Positions 37,539 through 48,939 of a DNA stretch of 64,000 nucleotides are shown here, piece by piece. Numbering within the stretch: position 1 is the stretch's first letter; every line of letters begins with the position of its first letter. Source of the stretch: the human T2T-CHM13v2.0 reference genome, Homo sapiens. Where the stretch lies: NCBI RefSeq assembly GCF_009914755.1, contig NC_060938.1. One strand, given 5' to 3'. Both the position numbers and the translations under genes were made by a program. The notes beneath the pieces are model-generated. The model was not told the DNA's origin. It did not search any database and saw only the letters and a program-made list of their open reading frames with translations.

Positions 37539-40500
37539 GACAAACATTCAGACACTCGCAACGACTATAGTGACAGCAGCAGTCTTCAGGAATCCTATGT
37601 GAGGGACAAACACTCAGAAGCCAGGTGGAGTGTTCCAGAATCCTATGTGAGGGACAAACATTCAGACCCCAGCAGCAGTGTTGTGGAATCCTATGTGAGG
37701 GAAAAACTTTCAAACCCTTGTAGCAGTGTTCTGCAATCCTATGTGACGGACAAAAATTCAGAACCTCGTAGCAGTGTTCTGGAATCCTATGTGAGGAACA
37801 ATCAGACCACATCAGGAATGTTCTGGAATCCTATGTGAGGGACAAACATTCAGACCACAGCAGGAGTGTTCTGGAATCCTATGTGAGGGACAAACATTTC
37901 AAAACCTCGTAGCAGTGTGCTGGAATGTTATGTCAGGGACAGACATTTAGACCCTCGCAGCAGTGTTCTAGAATCCCATCTGCAGGACAAACATTCAGAC
38001 ACTCGCAGCAGTGTTCTGGAATTCTATGTGAGGGACATTCAAACCCCAACAGCAGTGTTCTAGAACCCTATGTGAGGGACAGACGTTCAGACCCCAACAG
38101 CAGTGTTCTGGAATCCTATGTGAGGTACAAACATTCAGATACCAGCAGAAGTGTTCTGGAATCCTATGTGAGGGACAAACATTCAGACCCTCGTAGCACT
38201 GTTCTGGAATCCTATGTGAGTGGCAAAAATTCAGACCACGGCAACAATGCTCAGGAATCCTATGTGAGGGACAAACATTCAGACCCTCGTAGCAGTGTTC
38301 TGGAATCTTATGTGAGGGACAAACATTCAAACCACAGCAGCAGTGTTCTGGAATCCTATGTGAAGGACAAACTTTCAGACCAAAACAGGAGTGTTCTTAA
38401 ATCCTATATGAAGGACAAACATTCAGACCCCAGGAGCACTGTTCTGAAATCCTATGATAAGGGCAAACATTCAGACCCTAACATGAATGTTCTGGAATCC
38501 TATGTGAGGGACAAACATTCAGATCCTTGTAGCAGTGTTCTGGAATCCTATGTGATTAACAAACATTGAGACCACAGCAGGAGTTCTCTGGAATCCTATG
38601 TGAAGGACAAACATTCAGACCCCAGAAGGAGTGTTCTGGAATCCTATGTGAAGGACAAACATTCAGACCCTCATAGCAGTGTTCTGGAATCCTATGTGAG
38701 GGACAAACATTCAGACTCTCCCAGCAGTCTTCTGGAATTCTATGTGAGGGACATACATTCAAACCCCAGCAGCAGTGTTCTGGAATCCGATGTGAGGGAC
38801 AGACATTCAGACCCCAGCAGCAGTCTTCTGGAATCCTATGTGAGGGACAAACTTTCAGACCCTCATAGCAGTGTTCTGGAATCCTATGTGAGGTACATTC
38901 AGACCCTCATAGCAGTGTTCTGGAATACTATGTGAGGGACAACCATTCAGACCATGGCAGTTCTGAAATGCTATGTGAAGGAGAAACATTCACACCCTCG
39001 TAACAGTGTTCTGGAATCCTATGTGAAGGACAGACATTTAGAACCTCGAAGCAGTGTTCTGCAGTCTTAAGTGAGGGACAAAAATTCAGACCCTCGTAAC
39101 AGTGTTCTGGAATCCTTTTTGAGGGACAGACATTGAGACCCCAACAGCAGTGGTCCGGTATCCTATGTGAGGGACAAACATTCACTCCTCACCAACAGTG
39201 TTCTGTAATCGTATGTGAGGGACAAGCATTCAGACCCCAGCAGCAGTGTTCTGGAATCCTATGTGAGGGACAAATATTCAGACCACAGCAGGAGTGCTCT
39301 GGAATCCTTTGTGAGGGACAAACATTCAGAACCTCGTAGCAGTGTCCTGAAATCTTATGTGAGGGAGAGACATTTAGACCTTCTCAGCGGTGTTCTGGTA
39401 TCCCATGTGAGGGACAAACATTCAGACCCTCCCAGCCGTGTTCTGGAATTCTATGTGAGGGAAAGACATTCAAACCCCAGCAGCAGTGCTTTGGAATCTG
39501 ATTTGAGGGGCAGACATTCAGACCCCAGCAGCAGTGTTCTGGAATGCTATGTGAAGGACAAACATTCAGACCACGGGAGCAGTGTTCTAGAATCCTATGT
39601 GAAGGACAAACATTAAGACTCTCATAGCAGTGTCCTGGAATCATATGTGAGGAACAACCATTCAGACACCAGCAGAAGTGTTCTGGAATCCTAGGTGTGG
39701 GAAAAACATTCAGAACCTAGTAGCAGTGTTCTGGAATCCTATGTGAGGGACATACATTCAGACCACGGCAGCAGTGTTCTGGAATGGTATGTGAAGGACA
39801 AACATTCAGACCCTTGTAGCATTGTTCCGGAATTCTATGTGAGGGACAAACATTCAGACCACAGCATCAGTGTTCTGGAATCCTATATGACGGACCAACA
39901 TTCAGACCCTTGCAACAGTGTTCTGGAATACTAGGTGAGGGAGAAATATTCACACCCTTGTAGCAGTGTTCTGGAATTCTATGTGACTGACAAACATTCA
40001 GACTCCAGCAGCAGTGTTCTGTAATCCTATGTGAGCGACAAACATTCAGACCCCAAGAGCAGTGTTCTGAAATCCTATGTTAAGGGAAACACTGAGACCC
40101 CAGCATGAATGTTCTGGAATCCTATGTGAGGGACAAACATTCAGACCACGGCAGGAGTATTCTGGAATCCTATGTGAGGAGCAAACATTCAGACCACAGC
40201 AGAAGTGTTCTGGAATCCTATATGAGGGATAAGCATTCGGACCCTCGTAGCAGTGTTCTGGAATCCTATGTGAGGGAGAAGCATTCAGAGCACAGCAGGA
40301 GTGCTCTGGAATCCTATGTTAGGGACAAACATTCAGAACCTCGTAACATTGTTCGGGAAACCTGTGTGAGGGACAGACATTTAGACCCTCGCAACAGTGT
40401 TCTGGAATCCCATGTGAGTGTCAAACATTCAGATCCTCACAGCAGTGTTCTGGAATTCTATGTGAGTGACAACCATTCAGACTCCAGCAGCAGTGTTCTG

Positions 40501-40803
40501 TATTCCTATGTGAAGGACAAACATTCAGAATCCAGGAGCAGTGTTTTGAAATCATATGTTAAGGGCAAACATACAGACCCTAGCATCAGTGTTCTAGAAT
40601 CCTATGTGAGGGACAGACATTCAGACCCTCGCAGCAGTGTTCTGGAATCCTAGATGGGGGACAAACATTCAGACCCCAGCAGCAGGCTTCTGGAATCCTA
40701 TGTGGGGGACAAACATTCAGACAATGGCAGCAGTGTTCTGGAATCCTATGTGAGGGACAAACACTCAGAGCCTTGTAGCAGTGTTCTGGAATCCTATGTG
40801 AGT
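37533..40803. repeat. CER 48-bp centromeric satellite, ~68 monomers
   Basis: Unit gagggacaaacattcagacccyngcagcagtgttctggaatcctatgt with 48-bp period. Confidence 0.93.
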
Positions 40804-41149
40804 GAGAGTGCCTGGAGCCTACCCAACCTGACGCCCCCAAAGCCCTCACAGGGTCTGACCTCCCAGCATGCACCTGCCTCTCCCTGAACCCCAACTGCCC
40901 ACCCTGCCTGTTCCCTGGCCTCCTTCATCCTGTGCAGCCCATAGACTGTGACCATCTCTCCAGCCACTCTGGCCCTTCCTTTACCTTTGTCCTCTCAGAA
41001 TCTCTGAGCAGGATCTCCCAGGTCCATCCAAACACGTGCTTTGTCCACTTTTGACTAGGCCCTTGGGCATCACTGGGCTATCCCAGCTGTCCACAGGGCC
41101 TTCAATAATGCACATTGCACCTGGCTTATCCAAGCAGTGCTCAGCAGCC

Positions 41150-42055
41150 CACATTGACCAGGTCCCTGCTGACCAGACCCCGCACATCAGGTCATCCCTG
41201 ATGACACACTCACTGATTAGACCCTCATGACCAGGCCCCACTAACAAGGCCCCCACTGCCAGGCACACAATGACAAGGACTCCACTGACCAGGACCTTAC
41301 TGACAAGGCCTCACTGACAAGGCCTCACGGACCAAGTCCTTACTGACAAGTCTTCACTGACTAGGTCATTATTGACAAGGCCTCACTGATCAGGTTCCAC
41401 TGATCATGACCTCATTCCCTGGCCCCAAAGATGAGGCCCCACTGACCAGGCCTCCAGGGAACAGGTTGCCACCGATCAGGCCCCTAATAACCAGGCCTAA
41501 GGTCACCAGATGCCCCTGACTGGGACCCTAGTGAGTAGACCCCACTGAACTGGAACCAAATGCTGAGATCCCCACTGACCAGGTCACCCTGTAGAACAGT
41601 GCTACAAAAGTCACCACTGACCAAGTCCTCTCTGACCAGGACGCTACATATTAGGTCCCGCTGACAAGGCTGTCCTGACCAGGGCCCCACTGACAAGGGC
41701 CTCACTGATGAGGACACGCCCACCAGGGTCTGCTGACTAGGTCCCATGTGCCCAGTCCTCCACTGAATAGCACCCCTTGACCTTGTCACCGGTGCCCCAG
41801 CCCATGCTGACCAGGCCAGCACTAAGCCCCAGCTGACCAGGTCTCCACTGATCAAGCCCCACAGCCCAGTTTTGCACTGACCAGACACCAAACAACTGGC
41901 AGCCAATAGGTCCCCACTCACCAAAACCCCCACTACTAGACCCCACTAATGAGACCCTCTCTAAGCAGACCCCTGCTGACCACGATCCCACTAAATAGTC
42001 CTCACTGACCTAGGTCCACTGACCAGGCCCACACTGATCAGGCCCCTCCTAACCA
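41150..42055. repeat. degenerate ~15-bp 'CCACTGACCAGG' minisatellite (copy 1)
   Basis: Dozens of cactgac(c/a)agg variants. Confidence 0.85.
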
Positions 42056-42059
42056 CACC

Positions 42060-43200
42060 GGAAATCCAAGCGGCAATGACATGTTTCATATGGCAGAAGT
42101 TGGAACAAGACAGAGAGAGGAAAGAGGTTCCACAGCCTTTTAAACTACTAGATCTCATGAGAACTCACTCACTATCAGGAGGATGGCATTAAGGGCTTGG
42201 TGCTTTGCCATTTGTGAAGGATCCACTCCCACTCCTTTATGATTAAAGCTTTTTCCACCTAGGCCCCAACTCTAACATTAGGGAGTGTACTTTCACATGA
42301 GTTTTGGAAGGGGCATAGAGAAAAACCGTATTATTCTGTCCCTGACCCCACAAATCTCATGTCCTTCTCACATTGCAAAATACAGTCATGCCTTGCCAGC
42401 AGTCTCCCAAAGTCTTAACTCATTTCAGCATTAACTCAAAGTTACAAAGTCCAAAGTCTCATCTGGGTCAAGGCTACATTCTCTTTTGCCTACGAGTCTC
42501 TGAAATAAAAAGCAAGTTCACTGTGTCTAAGGTACAATGATGGTACAGGCATTGTGTAAGCTTTCCATATCCAAAAGGGAGACATTTTCCAGAAAGCTTC
42601 TTATTTTTATCTGAGGCCCCCTCAGCCTGGCCTTCACTGTCCATGTTTTTGTCAGCATTCTTGTCACAGCCATTTAACCAGTCTCTAAGATAGTACAAAA
42701 ATGTTCTCATCTGTCTGTCTTCTTTGGAGCCCTCCAAACTCTTTCAACCTCTACCCATTACCCAGTTCCGAAGTTGCTTCCACATTTTCAGGTATCTTTA
42801 TAGCAATGCTCCAGTCCTCATTTGCCATTTTTGGTAAGATTTATTTTGAAAAAGAGGTTTAATTGGCTCATGGTTCTGCAGAGTGGACAGGAAGCTTAGT
42901 GCTTCTGCTTCTGGGGGGCCTCAGAAATCTTTCAATCATTGTGCAAGGTAATGAAAGAGTGAATTGTCTCACATGGCAAGAGGAAATCACGGAGAGTAGG
43001 GAGTGATATAGAGTTTTCAGTGGCCAGATCTCACGAGAAGTCACTCATGATTGTGAGGACAGTACCAAGGGGATAGTGCTGAACCACTCATGAGAAATTT
43101 GCCTTCATGATTCAATCACCTTATACCAGGATCCACCTCCAACATTAGGAAGCATAACTCAACATGAGATTTGGTGGGGACACATATTCGAATTGCCTCA
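42060..43200 (-). mobile_element. MST/THE1 MaLR LTR and internal fragments
   Basis: Motifs 'gagaactcactcactatc', 'gaaaaagaggtttaattggctcatggttctgcag' and 'caacatgagatttggtggggacaca'. Confidence 0.8.
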
Positions 43201-44360
43201 TCAGTCTTTGTGTATAAAGACATCCATAGCAGGCTTTATCCAGCCAGCTTCTTTGGGATTCTTTATATGGTTTCAGGTCTATAGCATATCCACTAAAATA
43301 TTCCTACTTCAAAAGGCAATAAAGTAAGCGGTATTATCATTCTTCAAAAAGTTATAATGGTAGTGTAGGCATTCATAGTATGATTTAGTTCATTTGCTAC
43401 TGTTTCTATTCTATCACCATATTAACACTTTCCTACACAATTCTATATTCAGCTGGGTTTCAGTTGAGCACAAAGTCATCCTTGTACTACCACCGATAGC
43501 TGGCACTAGCTCTTTGATATTGTTATCATTCTGCTGTAGAAAGTACCCGTGAACTGGAAAAAGTCCACAATCGAATAGTTAGTCATCCAACACTATCAAA
43601 TTTTAGGTGACTTTTTGAAAAAATAGTATCTCCTGTTGCAAGAAATGGTCCATCTGTGATTTCAAGTCTCTCGCTTGAGTGGATTGGATGGAAGTGGTGA
43701 ATTTCAGCCAAAGTGGCCAAAGAAATCCTGTTCCTGTGATAATGATGCCATCAGCCTCTGTACCTGTGTCTTCCCTTCTGCCACATGTTGCCTGTTCTCC
43801 ATGACTGTGGTAAGAGCTTCCTTGTGTATGAGGATGATGTCCAGGATGTTGGTCTGGTGTCCCTGAGACAGCACTAACAGGTCCGTGGCTGGGTCCAGGT
43901 CCTTCCTGGACGGATTGGCAAGGAGCTCACTGATGTTCTTGAAGGCATCTCTGGTGAAGTGGATGGCCTAGTCAAGTTCCAAGGCCTGGCTGAGGCTGAA
44001 GAAAAACTGGCCGCCTTCTGAAGCTCTTTCTAAAAGCCTGTCACTGTCATCTGCTTGCATGTCAACTCATTGTCTGTGAGGTTGAGCTGAGTGGCCTGTG
44101 CCCATCTTCTTGGGGAAGTATTTGAAGCCATCAATCTTGCTCTCCCACCCCTAAAGGTTGATGGTCACCACCTGGAGGTGTGCTGAGGGTCAGAAAGAAG
44201 CCAGCACTCACCATCTCATCCTTCTCAGCCTTCCTCTTGCACTCTCTCCAGGCTGTCTCTTCAGTGCTGGTGGGATATATCAGAAAGTGATGGAAGATGT
44301 GGCACTGTGCCCACACCCAGAAGCTGGCCATGTGGTTGGCTCATCCACCAGAATGGATGC
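43200..44360 (-). pseudogene. SNX18P: processed pseudogene of sorting nexin 18 (C-terminal PX, BAR domain and probable 3'UTR)
   Basis: Translation [10 protein letters not shown]...[22 protein letters not shown] matches recalled SNX18 AQCDVFQHFL...[22 protein letters not shown]. Downstream LAEIHHFH and RDLKSQMDHFLQQEILFFQKVT match its C-terminus. Frameshifts and stops are present, and there is no intron at the QKG/ALT junction. Confidence 0.88.
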
Positions 44361-46275
44361 TCTGGTTGTTCTTTGAGCCAGCTTGGCCTTGCCTGGCATG
44401 CACAGGCCCCAGGTACAGACACGTTGCTCCGAGTGAACTTGTCCTGCCTTGGGCCAAATTCTGTCAGGCCAGGGCCACAAAAGGCCGAGTCCCACGGGTG
44501 GTAATCCTGGCTGCTTTCTGCACTTCAACATAAAAGCCTCCTGAAGATGGCCTGTGGTCTGCCTCTTTGCAACCAAGAAGCCCGCAGTGCCATATGAACC
44601 CTGAGGCATGGACTGGAGCCCCCAAGGCAGCGCACACCCTGCTCCTGAGCGTGCTGCTCATTTTCTCTGTGTGGCTCCATTTGTGTCACAGTTGTTGCAC
44701 TGACTAATGCATGCTGAGGAAGGCCAAGCTGGCTCAAAAAGCAACCGGCCACCTCTGCAATGGTGTGCCTGGAGCTGGTGGACCAGCCACCAACCTGACT
44801 TGCTGCCGGTCGGGGTACATCAGTTCTTCTACCCTACAGGTAGGGCCACAGTGCTATCTGCTTTTCCTCAGGCCTCTGCTCCATCAGCCATCAGGAGGCA
44901 GCCCCTCAGGCTGTAGGAATCTGGCCATCCCTGCTTCCTTGAGTGGGTGAGGTTGGTGGTTGCTCCACCTGCTCCAGGCACACCCTTGCAGAGGTGGCTG
45001 CTTGCTCTTTGATCCAGCTTGGCCTTGCCTGGCATGCACAGGCCCCAGCTACCTATATGCTGTTCCAAGTCAGCTTGTAGTGTGTTGGGCCAAATTCTAC
45101 CTCTGGCCAGGGCCACAGAAGGCCGAGTTCCCTGGGTGCTAATCCTGGCTGCTTTTGGCACTTGAACATAAAGTCCTCCTCAAGACCGTCTGTGGTCTGC
45201 CTCTTGGCGACCAAGAAGCCTACAGTGCCATACGAGCCCTGAGGCATGGACTGGAGCCACAAAGGCAGTGCACACCCCATTCCTGAGCCTGCTGATCATT
45301 TCCTCTTTATGGCTCCATTTGTTATACACTTGTTGCAGTGAGGCTTGTGCATGCCAGGCAAGGCCAAGCTGGCTCAAAGAGCAAGCAGCCACCTCTGCAA
45401 GGTGTGCCAGGAGCAGGTGGACCAGCCGCCAACCTCACTCACTGTCAGACGTGGTACATCAGTTCTTCTACCCTAAAGGTGGGGCCGAGAAGTAGACCAC
45501 AGGCCGTCTTGAGGAGGACTTTATGTTCAAGTGCAGAAAGCAGGCAGGATTACCACCCAGGGGACTCAGCCTTCTGTGGCCCACAGTGCCATATGAACCC
45601 CGAGGCATGGACCGGTGCCATCTGCTTTATACAAAAATTAACTTAAGATAGATTAAAGAGTTAAACATGTCACCTGCTTTTCCTCAGGCCTCTGCTCCAT
45701 CAGCCATCAGGAGGCAGCCACTCAGGCTGTGGAAACCTGGCCATCCTGGCTTCCTTCAGTGGGTGAGGTTGGTGGCTGGTCCACCTGCTCCAGGCACACC
45801 CTTGCAGAGGTGGTTGGTTGCTCTTTGAGCCAGCCTGGCCTTGACTGGTATGCACAGGCCCCAGGTACTGACACGTTGCTCTGAGTGAGCTTGCCCTGCC
45901 TTGGGCCAAACTCTGTCAGGCCAGGGTCACAAAAGGCCGAGTCCCACGGGTGGTAATCCTGGCTGCTTTCTGCACTTCAACATAAAGGCCTCCTGAAGAT
46001 GGCCTGTGGTCTGCCTCTTTGCAACCAAGAAGCCCGCAGTGCCATATGAGCCCTGAGGCATGGACTGGAGCCCCTAAGGCATCGCACACCCTGCTCCTGA
46101 GCCTGCTGCTCATTTTCTCTGTATGGCTCCATTTGTGTCACAGTTGTTGCACTGACTTGTGCATGCCGGGCAAAGCCAAGCTGGCTCAAAAAGGAACCAG
46201 CCACGTTTGCAAGGGTGTGCCTGGAGTGATTGGACTAGCCATCAACGTCACCCACTCAAGGAAGCAGGGAATGCG
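44360..46275. repeat. three ~0.6-0.8 kb units with ~100-bp inverted repeats enclosing SNX18 PX fragments
   Basis: Repeated KRQTT(G/D)xLxE(A/D)FMxKCxK-coding segment, similar to SNX18 EKQATGRFEEDFISKRRK; alternating-orientation arms. Confidence 0.85.
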
Positions 46276-46325
46276 TGTTTGTACCATGCATTTCACTACA
46301 GGTACATTTCCCCTGAGGTTGGTGG

Positions 46326-47945
46326 CCTAGGTTTCTTCTAGATTTTTTATTGTTTTAGGTCTTGCATTTAACTCTTTCATCCATATTACTTAATTTTTGT
46401 TTAAGGTGTATGGGTGTGGCCCAGTTTCAGTTTTCTGCATAAGGCTAGCCAGTTTTCCCAAGATCACTTATTAAATAGGGTATCCTTTACCCATTGCTTG
46501 TTTTTGTCAGGTTTGTCAAAGATCAGATGGTTTTAGATGTGTGGTGTCATTTCTGAGGCCTCTGTTCTGTTCCATTGGTCTATAGATCTGATTTGGTACA
46601 AGCCCCATGCTGTTTTGGTTACTGTAGCCTTGTAGAATAATTTGAAGTCAGGTACTGTGATGCCTCTAGCTTTGTTGTTTTTGCTTAGGATTGTCTTGGC
46701 TATGTGGGCTCTTTTTTGGCTCCATATGAAATTTAAAGTAGTTTTTCTAATTCTATGAAGAAAGTCAATGGTAGCTTAATTAGGATAGCAATGAATCTAT
46801 AAATTACTTTGGGTGGTATAGCACTCAGGCACAGAAATGTCCTTGTGTTAGGCAATACCATTCAGGACAAAGCCATGGGCAGAGACTTCATCACCAGAAC
46901 ACAAAAAGCAATGGCAACAAAAGCCAAAATTGACAAATGGGATCTAACTAAACTAAACAGTATCTGCAGTGCAAAAGAAACTATTATCAGAGTGAACAGG
47001 CAACCCACAGAATGGGAGAAAATTGTTGCAATCTATCCATCTGACAAAGGGCTAATATGCAGAATCTACAAAGAACAAACTTACAAGAAAAAAAACAAAC
47101 AACCCCATCAAAAAGTGGACAAAGGATATGAACAGACACTTACCAAAGAAGACATTTATACAGCCAACGAACATGTGAAGCAAAGCACATCATCACTGGT
47201 CATTAGAGAAATAGAAATCAAAACCACAATGAGATACAATCTCACAGCACTTAGAATAGCTATCGTTAAAAAATCAGGGAACAACAGATGCTGGACAGGA
47301 TGTGGAGAAATAGGAACTCTTTTACACAGTTGGTGTGAATATAAATTAGTTCAACCATTGTGGAAGACAGTGTGACAATTCCTCAAGGATCTACAACTAG
47401 AAATATCATTTGACCCAGCAATCCCATTACTGGGTATATACCCCCAAAATTATAAATCATTCTAATATAAAGACACATGCACCTGTCTGTTTATGGCGGC
47501 ACTTTTCACAAAACCAACGACTTGGAACCAACCCAAATGCCCACCAATGATAGACTGGATAAAGTAAATGTGGCATATATAAACCATGGAATACTATGTA
47601 GCCATAAAAAAGGATGAATCCACGTCCTTTGCTGGGACATGAATGAAGCTGGAAAGCATCATTCTCAGCAAACTAACACAAGAACAGAAAACCAAACACC
47701 ACATGTTCTCACTCATAACTTGGAGTTGAACAATGGGAACACATGGACACAGGAAGGGGAACATCACACACCAGGGCCTGTCAGTGTGGGGGGCTAGGAG
47801 AGGGATGGCATTAGGAGAAATAACTAATGTAGATCATGGGTTGATGGATGCAGCAAGCCACCATGGCATGTGTATACCTATGTAACAAACCTGCATGTTC
47901 TGCACATGTACCCCAGAACTTAAAGTATAATTAAAAGAAAAAGAA
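46326..47945 (+). mobile_element. 5'-truncated, 5'-inverted L1 (L1PA6/7-like)
   Basis: 46326-46815 is reverse ORF2; 46849-47945 is forward ORF2 C-terminus, 3'UTR and A-tail. Confidence 0.9.
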
Positions 47946-48939
47946 ATTTGTTTTTAATTAAGCTTTTAATCATAGAACTTGTAAAGAAAACCCTTTTGAA
48001 TCTTTTACTACCACATCATAGCTGGGACAAACTGCTGACGTTTTAAAAGTAACACAAATATCAAACAGAAAGAACTAGACTTAGGAACCAAACTCAGGTT
48101 TCTGTAGTGAACAGGGCAGAATCTTCACATTGGGTCACCACAGCTACTCCTTCAGTTTGGCCTTGGCTAGCAAAAGGGTGACCTTTTTATGTAGATGAGA
48201 CCACTTACGTAAAAAAAAAGGTTTAAAAAATAATTTCTGCTAACTGGAATGTTTTTTGTTGTTGTTTATTTGTTTGTTTTTTTTTGCAGCCATAGGAGTT
48301 TTAGCCAATTCAGAGGCCTTGCTCCCTACAATTTGGAACATTCCTTTGGATTTGACCAAGTCAGGAAGAGATGGGAGAAAAGTGAAACAACAACAATAAA
48401 ACCCCAAGCATAAACAAACAAAGAGTTAAGCAAAACAACAAATGCACAATTCATATGATTACTGAGTGTTCTAATGGTAAGGAGAAATTAAAAGCAGAAA
48501 TTAAAAGCAGCTGGTGAGTAATCTTAAATTTTATTCATTAAGGAGAAATTTTAAGACAAAACTCTAATTCAGCTACTTACCTGGAAATAAGGCTCAGGCT
48601 GGTGGTCGTTCTCTGCCATCTTAGAACCTGGAAAAAACTTACACTCACCTTCCCTGTCAGAAGCAACCTGAAACTCAGGAAAGGAGGTGCCTGCTCTCCA
48701 TCATCATGGAAGCAGGAAAACTTGCCTTCTTTGTTGGAAATGAGCAAAACTTCAGAAAAGGAGTTGTACAGCAAAATCAACCTTAGTTCTCAACCAGATT
48801 TTGGGAGATCAGGGAACCTCTGCAGGGGAGAAGCTCCACAACCTCAGCAAATTATCCTGTTGATTTGGGCAATAAAGATAGCCCAGGTTGGTATCAAGCA
48901 ATAATGAGATTTATCAAAGGTCAGGACCACCTTTGTATG

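Noticed and set aside
37533-40803. CRISPR-like appearance (constant segment plus short variable segment)
   Set aside because: The variable parts are only point variants of one monomer, not unique spacers. The context is primate DNA with no cas genes.
37925-40887. Long ORFs (up to 214 aa) of SSVLESYVRDKHSDP repeats, and CPSHRIPEHC repeats on the other strand
   Set aside because: The 48-bp monomer equals 16 codons, so open frames arise automatically. The frames are broken by indels and stops and show no gene structure.
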